Origin: Octopus vulgaris
Lineage: Eukaryota
DNA length: 64,000 nucleotides
Reading direction: 5' to 3'
Assembly: GCA_951406725.2 (NCBI GenBank)
Contig: OX597818.1
Location: forward strand, 80,600,001-80,664,000
Shown: positions 43,756 to 56,405 of the stretch, in pieces
Layout of the letters: every line of letters begins with the position of its first letter
Position numbering within the stretch: position 1 is the stretch's first letter
The notes under the pieces: model-generated
What the model was told of the DNA's origin: nothing
Seen by the model: only the letters and a program-made list of their open reading frames with translations
Database searches by the model: none
Program-made: the position numbers and the translations under genes

Positions 43756-44670
43756 CTGGATGATCCTATAAATAATGCGGGTTTTTTAATACTTTTATTT
43801 TTCAAAAATAAACAAAGTTCTTTTTTTAATCTAAAATATACTCTCCTTCATTTTCTACAATTCTCTTTAATCTATCTGGTAGACTTACAAGGCCCCTCTT
43901 CCAAAATTCACTTGTCTGTGACAAAAGATACCCCTCCACTACTGTTCTCATCTCGTTTACAGAATTCATATTTTTCCGTCCAAAGAATTTTGAAGAATGT
44001 GGAATAAATGAAAATCAGATGGGGCAATGTCCGGCGAATATGGTGGGTGAGACGTCGTTTCCCATTCAAACTGTTCCTGTGTTTGGAATGTCATCCTCGC
44101 TGTATGTGGCTGAGCATTATCCTGATGGAAAAACACCTTTCGTCTTGAAACCAAAGAGGGTCATTTTTCTTCTAGTGATAACTTGAATGACTGGTTGAAT
44201 GACCAAATCCAAGCTTCTCTGCTAGTTCCTCAACAGTTACGATGAGATTTTGTTCCACCACGGTTTGCAGGGTGTCATCGTCGAGTTCTACAGATCTTCC
44301 AGGACGAGGCTTGTCTTCTAGGCTGCAGTTACCGGCTCGGAATTTCTTGAGCCACCGTTGACACTGGCTTACGCTTATTGCTTATTGTCCCACCTCCATA
44401 TCCTGCATTAATATTCCTCGCACTTTCCGTCGCATTGTCTTTATTGAACACATAAAGCAAACTATGCTGAATATACTCCTTTGTCACTTCCATTATAGCT
44501 TTGAAAAAATAACTATTAAAATCGAATTGCACTCTTCAAAACTTGCACTAAGAAGTACAAGGTAAAATTACTACCTGCTCTTATAGCAAGGTGATGCAGG
44601 TAGTTTATCCTGGCCCCTCCAACTTTTAGTTCATGGAATTGAAAAAAACTGCATTTATGGGATGATCCAA
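43756..44670 (-). mobile_element. Decayed, internally deleted mariner transposon
   Basis: HQDNAQPH and HPPYSPDIAPSDFHLF (43966-44154), N-terminal HTH-like LLYVFNKDNATESARNI (44329-44532), TIRs ctggatgatcctataaat / atttatgggatgatccaa. Confidence 0.9.
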
Positions 44671-44689
44671 CACACACACACACACACAT

Positions 44690-45410
44690 TGTTTCTGTCA
44701 TTAGACCGCAGCCATGCTGAGGTACCGCTTTCAAAAACTTTAGTCGAACTTATCGATCCCGCTACTTATTATTTTGTAATGCCTGATACTTATTCCATCG
44801 ATGTCTTTTGCCGAACTTCTAAGTTACATGGGGGTAAACATATCAACACAGTTGTCGAGCAGTGGTGGAGGATACACTCATACACAATGGGCTTTTTTCA
44901 GTTCCACTCATATATCACATCCACTCATAAGGCTTTGGTTAGCACTTGGCTATAGTAGAAGACACTTATCCAATGTGTCACGCAGCAGGACTGAACCTAG
45001 AACCATGTAGTCGAGAAGCAAATTTCTTACCCCACAGCCACACCTTCCCCTTTATATGATCTTGTTTCAGTCATTGAACTGCGACCATGCCGGGTCACTG
45101 CCTCGAAGACTCCAGTACGTTTTTATTTTAATTCTTTAAAGTTTGCTGCTTATTCTCTCGGTTTCGTTTGTTGAACCGCTAAGGCTAAAGGAACGTAAAC
45201 AAACACCTGTTGTTAAGCGGTGGCGATGTGTATATGGGGGGGGGTGTACAAACACATGCATATATGCAAGAACGACCTTCCTTCATTTTTTAGTTCTACC
45301 AAATCCAGTCACAAGACTATATATAGTAGAAAGCACTTGTCCAAGGTTCCGCATAGTGGGACTGAACTATATGGTTGGGAAGGAAACTTCTTACTACATA
45401 GTTACACCTA
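44690..45410 (-). mobile_element. Two SINE family A copies
   Basis: Diverged matches to the family. Confidence 0.8.
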
Positions 45411-46659
45411 CACACACACACGCACATTTATTTATTTATTTGTGTGTGTGTGTATGCGCGCGCGCTTTTATGTGAAAGCAGTTGTGCTTGTGTATGTTTG
45501 CACGTGTACGTACACACATACACAACGAATTCCTCCAGTGAGGTTTCTAGTGTATAAAGCATCAGAACATTTTCTAGAACATTCTATTTGCTTTCCTCAA
45601 GAATCTCACAATAGTCACTTGGGTTTTATGTTTCTCAGTCTGACACGTGCCTTGGTACGAAACTATCGGCCCACGATTAACTCTGTATGTGAGAATACGT
45701 CATTCCTATCAATGCCTGCATCCCTACTACAATATACCTACAAACCAACGAAGGAGTCAAGAATAGACAGCTTATTTCGAGAAGCGGGCCGCATGTGGCA
45801 TAATTAGGTGGGCCGCACAATGAAAGAAAAAATTCAAGGTAATTTTTCGTTGGCGTGCCATTCAGGAAGTCCCGCAAGTCACAGTATGCCAGAGACTGCA
45901 CTACGTGTCCCTCTCTCTTGCTTGAAATACCAACCAAGTCTTCCTCAAATCCCATCCTACTGAAAAAAAAACATGGAATTAGAAATTATTTAATGTAGTC
46001 CTAGATACACTATGCCTGAAAATCGAACAAAATGTTGATGGCGGGAACGTTGTTGATCGTTACCCTACTTCTACAAAGTTGACCTTCAGCTAAACAAGCT
46101 ATCGACTACATATTTAGACATCCACCCCCACCAATCTACTCGTCATAACATCATATGGAATGCTGCCTTCTTACATCTACATACACATACAATATAAATA
46201 GTCGTACATATATTACCTGTCCACATACTTATACAAACATATATGAACGTGTGTGTATGTATATATATATACGTCAAATTGAATAAAGAACATTAACAAT
46301 AACAAACAAGAAGACGTGCACATGGAATGTACCAGTTTGACACACAATAAAAAGAGAGTTTTTGATGTTTCGAGCATAGCTCTTCGTCGGATAGGGAAAA
46401 ATCCAAAGAAATGGGGGTGGGGGCGATCACCAACATCACGTGTGTAGTTACATTGTTGTGGCAATAGACTTCCCAGATTCCCTGTTCTTGATAAGTGTTA
46501 GCAAACAACACACAAACCTTTGCGGCTTCAAACTTTTAACTGAAACGAAACGGTAAAATATTTGCTTCATGAAGACGCCATTTGCACGCGTTTAACGTCA
46601 ATAGTGTCACATTAATGGCCGTGTCAAATATGGGAGCTTTTTCTGCCGCACCGAGTAAC

Positions 46660-46695
<36 letters not shown>

Positions 46696-46734
46696 TAGAA
46701 TAACTTAGGTTTTGGCCAGTATTGGCTCAGGCTA

Positions 46735-47030
46735 TGTCTAACTTAATAGCACCACCTGGCGAAGTCTTTCAGTTCAGGATTTGGACATCAAGGCCCATTC
46801 GAGCAGAGAGTTATTGTTTGCGGAGACATATCCGGGTGTGGGTGGTTTGTCAGCAGTATTCAAGGTGGGGTCAGGCAAAAGTGGAGAATAGAAGGATAAT
46901 GGTGTGGGGAATCTCTCAACTGGAAGGTTCTGAGAATCCAGGAACACATTCTGCGGACCGTATCAACTTTGTTGCATATATGTGTAGCCCAGCTTATGTT
47001 GTTGTCCACAGTTACTCCCAGGTCTCTGAT
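46735..47030 (-). mobile_element. CR1-like LINE RT C-terminal remnant
   Basis: RDLGVTVDNNISWATH...RMCSWILRTF...IILLFSTFA*PHLEYC. Confidence 0.75.
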
Positions 47031-47248
47031 GTTAAGAAAATGGAGGGGATCAATAGGTGGTTCATCAACTTTTAGACATTATATTATGTCAATTTATTTA
47101 TTTACTAAAATGACAATTACAATAATATACATACATGTAGAACATATTATGTTTTACATAAAAGATATAAAATATATTAATATGTAAGGATACCAGTAAT
47201 TATTACAAAATAACATACATGAATTATACATGTATATAAATATATATA

Positions 47249-47433
47249 CTTTATTTAAAGCAGCAGAAAATTCAACAAAATCTGTTACTCTGAGTTTCTC
47301 GTTGCCGTACATCAGACAGTTTTTGCTAGAATGGAACCGATATCGGTTCCATTCTAGCAAAAACTGTCTGATGAACGGCAACGAGAAACTCAGAGTAACA
47401 GATTTTGTTGAATTTTCTGTGCTTTAAATAAAG
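47249..47433. repeat. ~185-bp near-perfect palindrome (Penelope-like inverted terminal region)
   Basis: Arms 47249-47341 and 47342-47433, centre GAT|ATC, one substitution and one 1-nt indel. Confidence 0.95.
47364..47401 (+). ncRNA. Minimal type I hammerhead ribozyme motif
   Basis: ctgt-CTGATGA-aCG(gcaa)CGa-GAAA-CTC-A-GAG-TA-acag: intact core, 4-bp stem I, quasi-palindromic stem III, GUA site; stem II is weak. Confidence 0.6.
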
Positions 47434-47982
47434 CATATTACTCTACCTCTGGTATTTGAGTACTCTTTTTTCCACCTTGTTTCACATTTATGTGTTTACT
47501 CCGGTATAAATATATATATATATATATATATATAAATACACACTCATAGGTATAAAAGTACTTATGTGTGTATTCATGTACATAAATGTGTATGCATACA
47601 CACGCACGTGCACACACATTAATATCCCCTCAGTAACAAACACATGATCCACTACTTCCACCTCCAGTGGAATGTACCAATTCTTTCGACATCAACCGTA
47701 GAATATCATTGATATCTCACACACACACACACACTCACGTATCTCTGTGGTAACCTTTATTACGAATGGGATGCCGTGATGAATACCCCAGCTGGGTGCG
47801 TTGACACGTCCGTTGTAGCAGCAGCAACAGTAGTAGTACCCTGCTGTAATATCTGTTGCTACCCTCAACCCATATATACTTACATATCTACCTACGTGCC
47901 TGTCGACATACCAGTCTCCTTACACACCTAAGTATCTCATCAAAAACTTACGTGTATATGTGTGTATGTGTACTCAAATTTG

Positions 47983-48033
<51 letters not shown>

Positions 48034-48135
48034 CGTGCGTGCATATGTGTTTGTGTACATGCACACAAAAAATGTTGAGGCGCACACACTCTATGTATAT
48101 ACCCTCACATAGACATACCTATAATGTATGTTACG

Positions 48136-48175
<40 letters not shown>

Positions 48176-48359
48176 CGTATAGACATATTAGGTACACATA
48201 CATACATGTAATGTTATGTATATGTGTGTATACACACACACTATCTCTCTCTATTTTTCCTCTCTCTCTCTCTCTTTCTCGTCACATGCATACAGACGCT
48301 CTTATGAGTGGCACAATAGTGCGACGCGAAACGTCTTGTTCTAAATAACAACTGCAAGT

Positions 48360-49130
<771 letters not shown>

Positions 49131-49324
49131 TACTCGCGCTTACGCACACGTTAATGTAAAAACTGATTGGATAAACTGACAGATACTTTTACAGCATTAC
49201 GTAGCGTTTAATCATGTCTATCGTATAAAAACGTTCTCACATTGACACAATACTAAAAATACTGCTGCTTTTCTTGGTGAGGAAAGTTAAATCGACCTCA
49301 GTATTCTGCAAGTATTTATATTTT

Positions 49325-49850
49325 GACTTTTATTTTGTTTCACTCATTGCAGTGCGGCCATGCTGGGGCACCACCTTGAAAGGTTTTTAGTCCGAGAAAT
49401 CGATTCTAGTATTTGTTTACTTAGTTATTTAGTGTGGTAATTGTTCTGTCGGTGTCTTTTGCCGAACCGCTAAGTTATGGAGGTTGTGAGCAAACGGACA
49501 CTGGTTGTCAAATGGTGCGGGAGGACAGATACACACACACACACATATATATACGACGGGCTTCCACACAGTTTCCGTCTACCAAATTCAATCTCAAGAT
49601 ATTGGCCATCCTGGGGCTATAATGGTAGACATTGGCTTAAGGTGCGGGACAAACTCGAAGGCACACGCACACGCGTGAGCCTCTGTGTGTGACGGGCTTC
49701 CACACAATTTCCGTCGACCAAGTTCACACATAAGTCATTGGTCTACCTGGAGCTATAGTAGAAGACGCTTACCAAAGAAGTCGCTTTGTGGAATTGAACC
49801 CAAGACCACATGGTTAGGAATCAAATTTCTTAACCACATAGCTACGCTTG
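49325..49850 (-). mobile_element. SINE family A with internal duplication
   Basis: The gacgggcttccacaca...gctata segment occurs twice. Confidence 0.75.
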
Positions 49851-50183
49851 TGCATTCATTGACCCAAGTAAGATGAAAGTTTGGTTTCATACATTTTTCT
49901 TATTTTATTTGAAAATCTCTTTTTATGCTAATTTCGAAAAACACGCAACTATCTGAAAGAGAAATTGATAACAGATAGTAAGGAATAAGATAATGGTAGC
50001 AAAGATGCGCGGTGTCAGACGTAGCATGCAATCGTATGAGATTTTTGACATTGCGTTTTTGCTCTTCTCTTCCGTTTTATTTTGACATGCGCATTGCGTT
50101 TTTATTCTTCTCTTCCGTCTTACGAATTCAGTGTACACATGCGTATTGCGTGTTCATACTTCTTTTTCAGATCTGCTTACAGA

Positions 50184-50242
50184 TCACAACCATCTCACGA
50201 ACGTAAGTTCGTGAGGAGCGTTTCGCGCTCGGATGGTTGTGA
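50184..50242. other. Perfectly paired three-way-junction (T/Y-shaped) hairpin
   Basis: TCACAACCATC [TCACGAAC gtaa GTTCGTGA] g [GAGCG tttcg CGCTC] g GATGGTTGTGA. Confidence 0.85.
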
Positions 50243-50464
50243 AAAGAATACGGGTGTTTAAAGAGTGAAATTTTTAAAGATTGAAATTTTTGATACATTT
50301 CATCCAATTAATATTCACCCATTCGCGGCACGCAATCGCGATTTTATTAATAACACCATTTTGTTTTTTGTTTTTTTTGTATCAGTTTGTTTGGAGACAC
50401 TACTTACTTTTTTCAGGAAGTAAATAATAAATGTAAGAAAATAAAATAAAAATTAAAATTAAAA

Positions 50465-50727
50465 TAGTTCCCATCCGGAATCTATATGGCCTCTAGGCAT
50501 CCACATGGCCTCTAGAGGTCCACATGAACCCTGTGGGTTCATATAAGATTATACTGTTGAAATATGTGCAATAAACTTGCTTTACTTCTACAATGCACAA
50601 AATATTTTAATTATTTTAATAGAACTCCTAATAATATTTAATTATAAAATGTAATGGGACTTTTTTAAACATAGAATGTTTATTAGGGTTCAGTAGATCA
50701 AAAGGGCGCATAGGTTGAGAACCAATG
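50465..50727. mobile_element. hAT-type MITE remnant related to 8468-8806
   Basis: Ends ggttgagaaccaatg; ggtccac..catataagatt subterminal motifs. A related start cagtggttctcaacc lies at 61425. Confidence 0.5.
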
Positions 50728-51294
50728 CCCTAAACCCTAACCCAAATGGTTTCCAGTTGGTTGCTTTGGGGACATGTGCAATAAAACATCGTCCGGGATT
50801 TCGATAATGTGGCTGAAATTACAAAAAAAAAAAAAAAAAAAATTCATATTTAAAAGGTTCGTAACTTTATTTATTTATTCCTCCTTTGACAGCGAATTAA
50901 CAGAATCGTTAAAGCATCGGAAAAAAATGTCTTTGCCGTATTTCTCCCGGTTCTGAGTTTAGATCTCGCCCGGACCGACTTTGCTTTTCATCAATCCGTG
51001 TGTCCATAAAAATAAAGTACCAGTCTATTGGAATTGATAGTATCGACTTAATTCTTTCCCTCAAAAATTGCTGGCCTTGTGTTTTAATTAGAAACCACTG
51101 TTAATTTCTGTGAGAAAAAAAAGGCTGTAATTTTTTGTAATCGGTTTGAAAAACAATTCAGTTTACTTGTATAGAATGTTTTATTCTTGATTTTAACTGA
51201 GAAAAACTAGGGTGTGGCTTACACACGTGACAGTGTTCTAATTTCGTAAAAAGATTTAATATTAAGCTACGGGTGCGACTTATTGAGGAACAAA

Positions 51295-51670
51295 TACTTG
51301 TTTCAATTATTGGACTGCGGCTATGCTGGAGCACAGTTTTGTAGGATTTAGTTGAACAAACCACCCCCAGGACTTACTTTGTATTAAGCTTGATACTTCT
51401 TCTTTTGGTCCCCTTTGCCGAAGCACTAAGTTGCTAGGACGTAAACAAACCAGCACCTGTTCTCAAGCGAAGGTGGGACACAAACACACACGCACGCGTG
51501 TGTGTTTGCGTGTACGGCGGGCTTCTTTCGGTTTCAATCTACTAAATCCACTCACAAGCTTTTGTTCGGCCCGACGGCTGTTATGGAAGACACTTACCCG
51601 AGGTGCTACGCATTGGGACTGAACCCGGAATCGTGTGGTTAGGAAGCAAATGTCTTACCGCACTGCACTG
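51295..51670 (-). mobile_element. SINE family A
   Basis: Matches the family. Confidence 0.8.
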
Positions 51671-52389
51671 CCACGCCTGTGCAGCAATTTTTCTGTGAAA
51701 TCGACAGAAGTGTCTGTCAATCCGCAACCATCCGGTTGACCTTGGCATGATTCGAAATCAGAACGTAAAAGAACCGTATCTAAAATATTGCTACAAGACA
51801 TTTTAATAAGCATCTGCCAACTGCTCGTCACAGTTAAGTGTTAGAGAGAGAGCAAGAACATGTACGTCAATGTGGCAGGTTCATACATTAAAAGGCATCG
51901 CGCCAGCTTATAAAGTGCACAAGGTGCGGTTTTTATCAAGTCTTCCCCCTTCTCTCTTACTATAAACGAGTCGCTAACATCAACGAAACTCAAGTATTTA
52001 CATTAAGCATCACCAACTAGATTTACAAATCGACACCGTCACCTTCAACAATTCTTTTTTTTTGTTTCAACTGTTAACAAACAATTTATTGAATGACGTC
52101 AGTTCCACGCACCTTCCTCTTTCTCCTTACCACACTTCTACAGTTTCTTGAAGCCGATGCATGGAATACATTTCTGTTTGTCTTTTTATTTAATTATGTA
52201 TTTTATTTGTGTATTTGTTTTGTATTTGACATTGTTATATGGATTTCGTTGCTTTCTGTTTCTACCCTTGATTTTCGAGACAAGACAGGTACACACACAT
52301 ACGTCTGTTTGTGTGCTTAAGAATATAAGAATAGTTTAGACTTCGAATTTCCGTCTGCTTATATATATATATATATAAACGCATATATG

Positions 52390-52392
52390 TAT

Positions 52393-52431
<39 letters not shown>

Positions 52432-52438
52432 CACACTA

Positions 52439-52479
<41 letters not shown>

Positions 52480-52710
52480 TACATACATACATACATACAT
52501 ACATACATACATACATGTGTGTGTGTGTGTGTGTGTAATACATGTGTGTGTGTGTGTAATACATATATATGTGTGTGTGTGTGTGTAATACATATATATG
52601 TGTGTGTGTGTGTGTAATATATATATATATGTGTGTGTGTGTGTAATATATATATATGTGTGTAATATATATATATATATATGTGTGTAATATATATATA
52701 TATACATATA

Positions 52711-52757
<47 letters not shown>

Positions 52758-53062
52758 AATATATATATATATGTGTGTAATATATATATATATATATATG
52801 TGTGTGTAAATATATATATATGTGTGTGTGTGTGTATATATATGTGTGTGTGTGTAATATATATATATATGTGTGTGTGTGTAATATATATGTGTGTGTG
52901 TGTAATATATATATATGTGTGTGTGTGTGTGTAATATATATATATATGTGTGTGTGTGTAATATATATATATATATGTGTGTGTGTGTAATATATATATA
53001 TATATGTGTGTGTGTGTAATATATATATATATATGTGTGTGTGTGTGTAATATATATATATA

Positions 53063-53113
<51 letters not shown>

Positions 53114-53160
53114 AATATATATATATATGTGTGTGTGTGTGTAATATATATATATATATA
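52390..53160. repeat. Compound (TG)n-TAA-(TA)n minisatellite
   Basis: More than 20 units of tgtgtgtaatatatat with variable run lengths. Confidence 0.92.
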
Positions 53161-53166
53161 AGCAGA

Positions 53167-53639
53167 CGAAAAACTGTATGCAAGCAATAATAAATCTCTG
53201 AACGAGATGTAAACAGTAACTGCACGACAATGTAAGGTATACTAGCCATCTCAATATAGCTAACCACTAAGGGTACCTTACATTGTCGTGCAGTTACTGT
53301 TTACATCTCGTTCAGAGATTTATTATTGCTTGCATACAGTTTTTCGAGATCAGTGACGAAAAGTTACTGGAAAAACGATATATAAGGATTTGCATTGGGA
53401 CTCCCTTCATCGAAAACCGGTGATTGCCGTACGCTGAAGACAGGCTAATAACTAGAAACTGCAGTCCGTGTGTATCACTTAGGTTGACGAGGGAGGGATG
53501 ACCTCCCTTTGCAAATACCATAAGGGCACAGAAAGTGTGCATAAAGCCAGCTGGAGACGATGTTCTCCTGGGGCTACAAGCTACAGTAACACCCACCCTT
53601 AGTGGTTAGCCATATTGAGATGGCTAGTATACCTTACAT
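53167..53639 (+). mobile_element. Penelope-like terminal-repeat structure with inverted 5' duplication
   Basis: 73-bp perfect inverted arms (53167-53239 / 53274-53346); the spacer plus arm edge reappears inverted at 53595-53639; contains a hammerhead motif. Confidence 0.65.
53429..53471 (+). ncRNA. Minimal type I hammerhead ribozyme motif
   Basis: gtacg-CTGAAGA-cAGgctaataaCTa-GAAA-CTGCA-GTC-cgtgt: intact core, palindromic stem III ACTGCAGT, GUC site, stem I tacg/cgtg. Confidence 0.62.
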
Positions 53640-53794
53640 ATAAATCAACAATTAGACATAAAACACAGTCGTGTTTTAATACGTGTGCCATCGTGTAAAC
53701 GTTCCAGCCTACTGGATGTCAGTATTCAATGACACTCCCCTCCCGCCACCAAACTAACCTATCCCGTTGTTATCCGTGAATTTATATATTAAAG

Positions 53795-53998
53795 GTTTCA
53801 AATTTTGACACAAGGCCAGCTGTTTTAGGAGGAGGGAAGTCGATTATATCAACGTCAGTACTTGGTTTGTCGACCCCGAAATGATGGAAGGCAAAACTGG
53901 CCGCGGCGGCATTTGAACTCAGAACTCAACGTAAAGAGTCGGAAGAAATGCCATTTAGCATTTTGTCCGACACGCCAACAATTCTTCCAGCTCACCGT
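53795..53998 (-). mobile_element. SINE family B
   Basis: Matches the family. Confidence 0.8.
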
Positions 53999-54297
53999 TA
54001 TGAAATAACCAAAATTTCACATTCACTCACACATTTATAAATACAAATCTCTTATAGGGATATTTATCCAAGTGACACTGGTTTAATATATTAAATTTTG
54101 AAGAGAAAATCCTTCAATGAATACATTATATAGAATATCGTAAGATATCAAACATTTTTATTGAGTTAGAAAACAGAGAAACCTAATGGATACAAATTAA
54201 TTTATCGATTAACATATTAACCAACAATTGTTTCATTTCCTAGTTGTTGATTAATTAATAAATTAGTTTGTATCCATTTGATCTCTCAATTTTCTAA

Positions 54298-54336
<39 letters not shown>

Positions 54337-54359
54337 CATATATATATATATATATACAT

Positions 54360-54562
54360 GTGATCTCTTGAGCACCACCAGCAAAAATATTTTTTTCCTC
54401 TGTCTTCCCTTCTCGGGATCTTTCCTTCTCCTTGTTTCCGACGAAGAGCTCCGCTCAAAACGTTAAACCCTCCTTCCCTTCTTTCCTGAGCGTCAAATAA
54501 TACTTTAATTGTTCCACGTCCTCGCGTTGCAGTGTTTTTTTTCTGTGTTTTCTTGTTTGGAT

Positions 54563-54570
<8 letters not shown>
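54360..54570 (+). mobile_element. Penelope-like terminal remnant with degenerate hammerhead
   Basis: gttt-CCGACGA-a-gagc(tcc)gctc-AAAAC-GTT-aaac; a related copy lies on the minus strand at 46290-46400. Confidence 0.45.
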
Positions 54571-54593
<23 letters not shown>

Positions 54594-54594
54594 T

Positions 54595-54977
54595 CTTCTA
54601 TTACATATTTCAGTCGTTTGACAGCGGTTATGCTGGAGCACCGCCTTAAAGGGTTTTAGTCGAAATGACCCCAGAACTTATTCTTTGTAAGCCTAATTCT
54701 TATTCTATCGGTCTCTTTTATCGAACCGCTAGTTACGGGGACGTACACACACCAACATCGGTTGTCAAGTGGTGGTGGGAAGACAAACAAAGACACACAC
54801 ACATTTATATACACGACGGGTTTCTTTCAATTTCCGTCTACCAAATCCACTCTCAAGACTTTGGTCGGTCCGAGGCTATAGTAGAAGAAACTTGCCCAAG
54901 GTGCTACTCTGTGGGACTGAACCAGGAACCATGTCGTTGGGAAGCAAGCTTTTTAGCACACATCCATGCCTGCGCCT
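54595..54977 (-). mobile_element. SINE family A
   Basis: Matches the family. Confidence 0.85.
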
Positions 54978-55074
54978 TTACACACACACACACACATCAT
55001 ACATCATACATACATACATCATACATACATACATCATACATACATACATCATACATACATACATCATACATACA

Positions 55075-55106
<32 letters not shown>

Positions 55107-55887
55107 ATATGAAGTTAGATTCAGTCCCAGATGATTTAAAGTTTTGCGGTCGGGTAAGGACGGTCCCATCTCATCAGATATCGGAAGATCTCAGCAAATA
55201 TTTTCCCGATATATGATGACATAGCTCCGCCTCACGCGCCAACGAAACTTTAAGTCATGTGGAGCTGAATCAAACAATATAACTCTTACCAAATGTATCA
55301 AGTGCCACTTTCTTTCATTTGTCCACTCACTCGTGTTGCTGGGTGTATGTGTGTGTATTCACATATAAATTTATATACATGACATATAAATTTACATGTA
55401 TGTTTTTTGTGTGTGCTTGTATACGTATATATATGTGAGTGCGTATAAGTGTATGTATGTCTATCATTGTGTCAGAAGTATGATCAAAAGTATTCTATCC
55501 GCGATTATCCCAGTCGTTTGTTGATATAGTTTTTTTTTCCATTCAAATATAATATATTCTGAACTGTTTTATGTGGCCATTCTTTATTTCAAGACAGAAT
55601 AGTGTAATTTGAATGAGGTTTGGCTGTTATTTCTTACGGGTCGAGATTGGGCTCTCTCGTCAGTTAAAGTTTTATTGATGTCTGCGAACATCGGGACGTG
55701 AGACGAAAACAAATGTCTTTATTAGTTTTAAATTAAAATTTACATTTTCATCGATAATGAAAGTAGACAAGACAATAATTTATGTCTGCTATATACCTAA
55801 AAGTTTATTGTTTATTCGTTTCAGAATTTTATTCACTGTCTGAAATTATCAAACCATCAGGAAATTAAATTAAGATATTATTATTTT

Positions 55888-56262
55888 ATCTTTTACTAGT
55901 TTCAGTCAATGGACTACGGCCATACTAGGGTATCGCCTTGGAAGGTTTAGTCGGACAAATCACCCCCAGTGCTTATTTCGTTTTAAAGCCTGATGCTTAT
56001 TCTATCGGTCTCTTTTGCCGCACAGCTTAGTTACGGAGGCGTAAACAAACCGACACCGGTTGTCAAGCAGTGGTAGGGACAAAGACAGACTCAAAGACGT
56101 GCGCACACGCGACGGGTTTCTTTTAGTTTCCGTATACTAAATCCACTAACGATGCTTTGGTCGTAGAAGAAAGACACTCGTACAAGGTGCCACGCAGTGG
56201 GATTGAACACGGAACCATGTTGTTGGGAAGCAAACTTCTTACCCACGCAACCATTCCTGCGT
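55888..56262 (-). mobile_element. SINE family A
   Basis: Matches the family. Confidence 0.82.
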
Positions 56263-56405
56263 CTGCAAGTGTGTGTGTTTTATACAGTGGATCTTGAAGT
56301 ACATATAAAGCTGTAAATGATAGCATGTAAATATTGAGTTGAAAACCCTTTTGGAAAGAAGAAATTGAAGGTTGCGGTATATATATATATATATGTTTAT
56401 ATATA

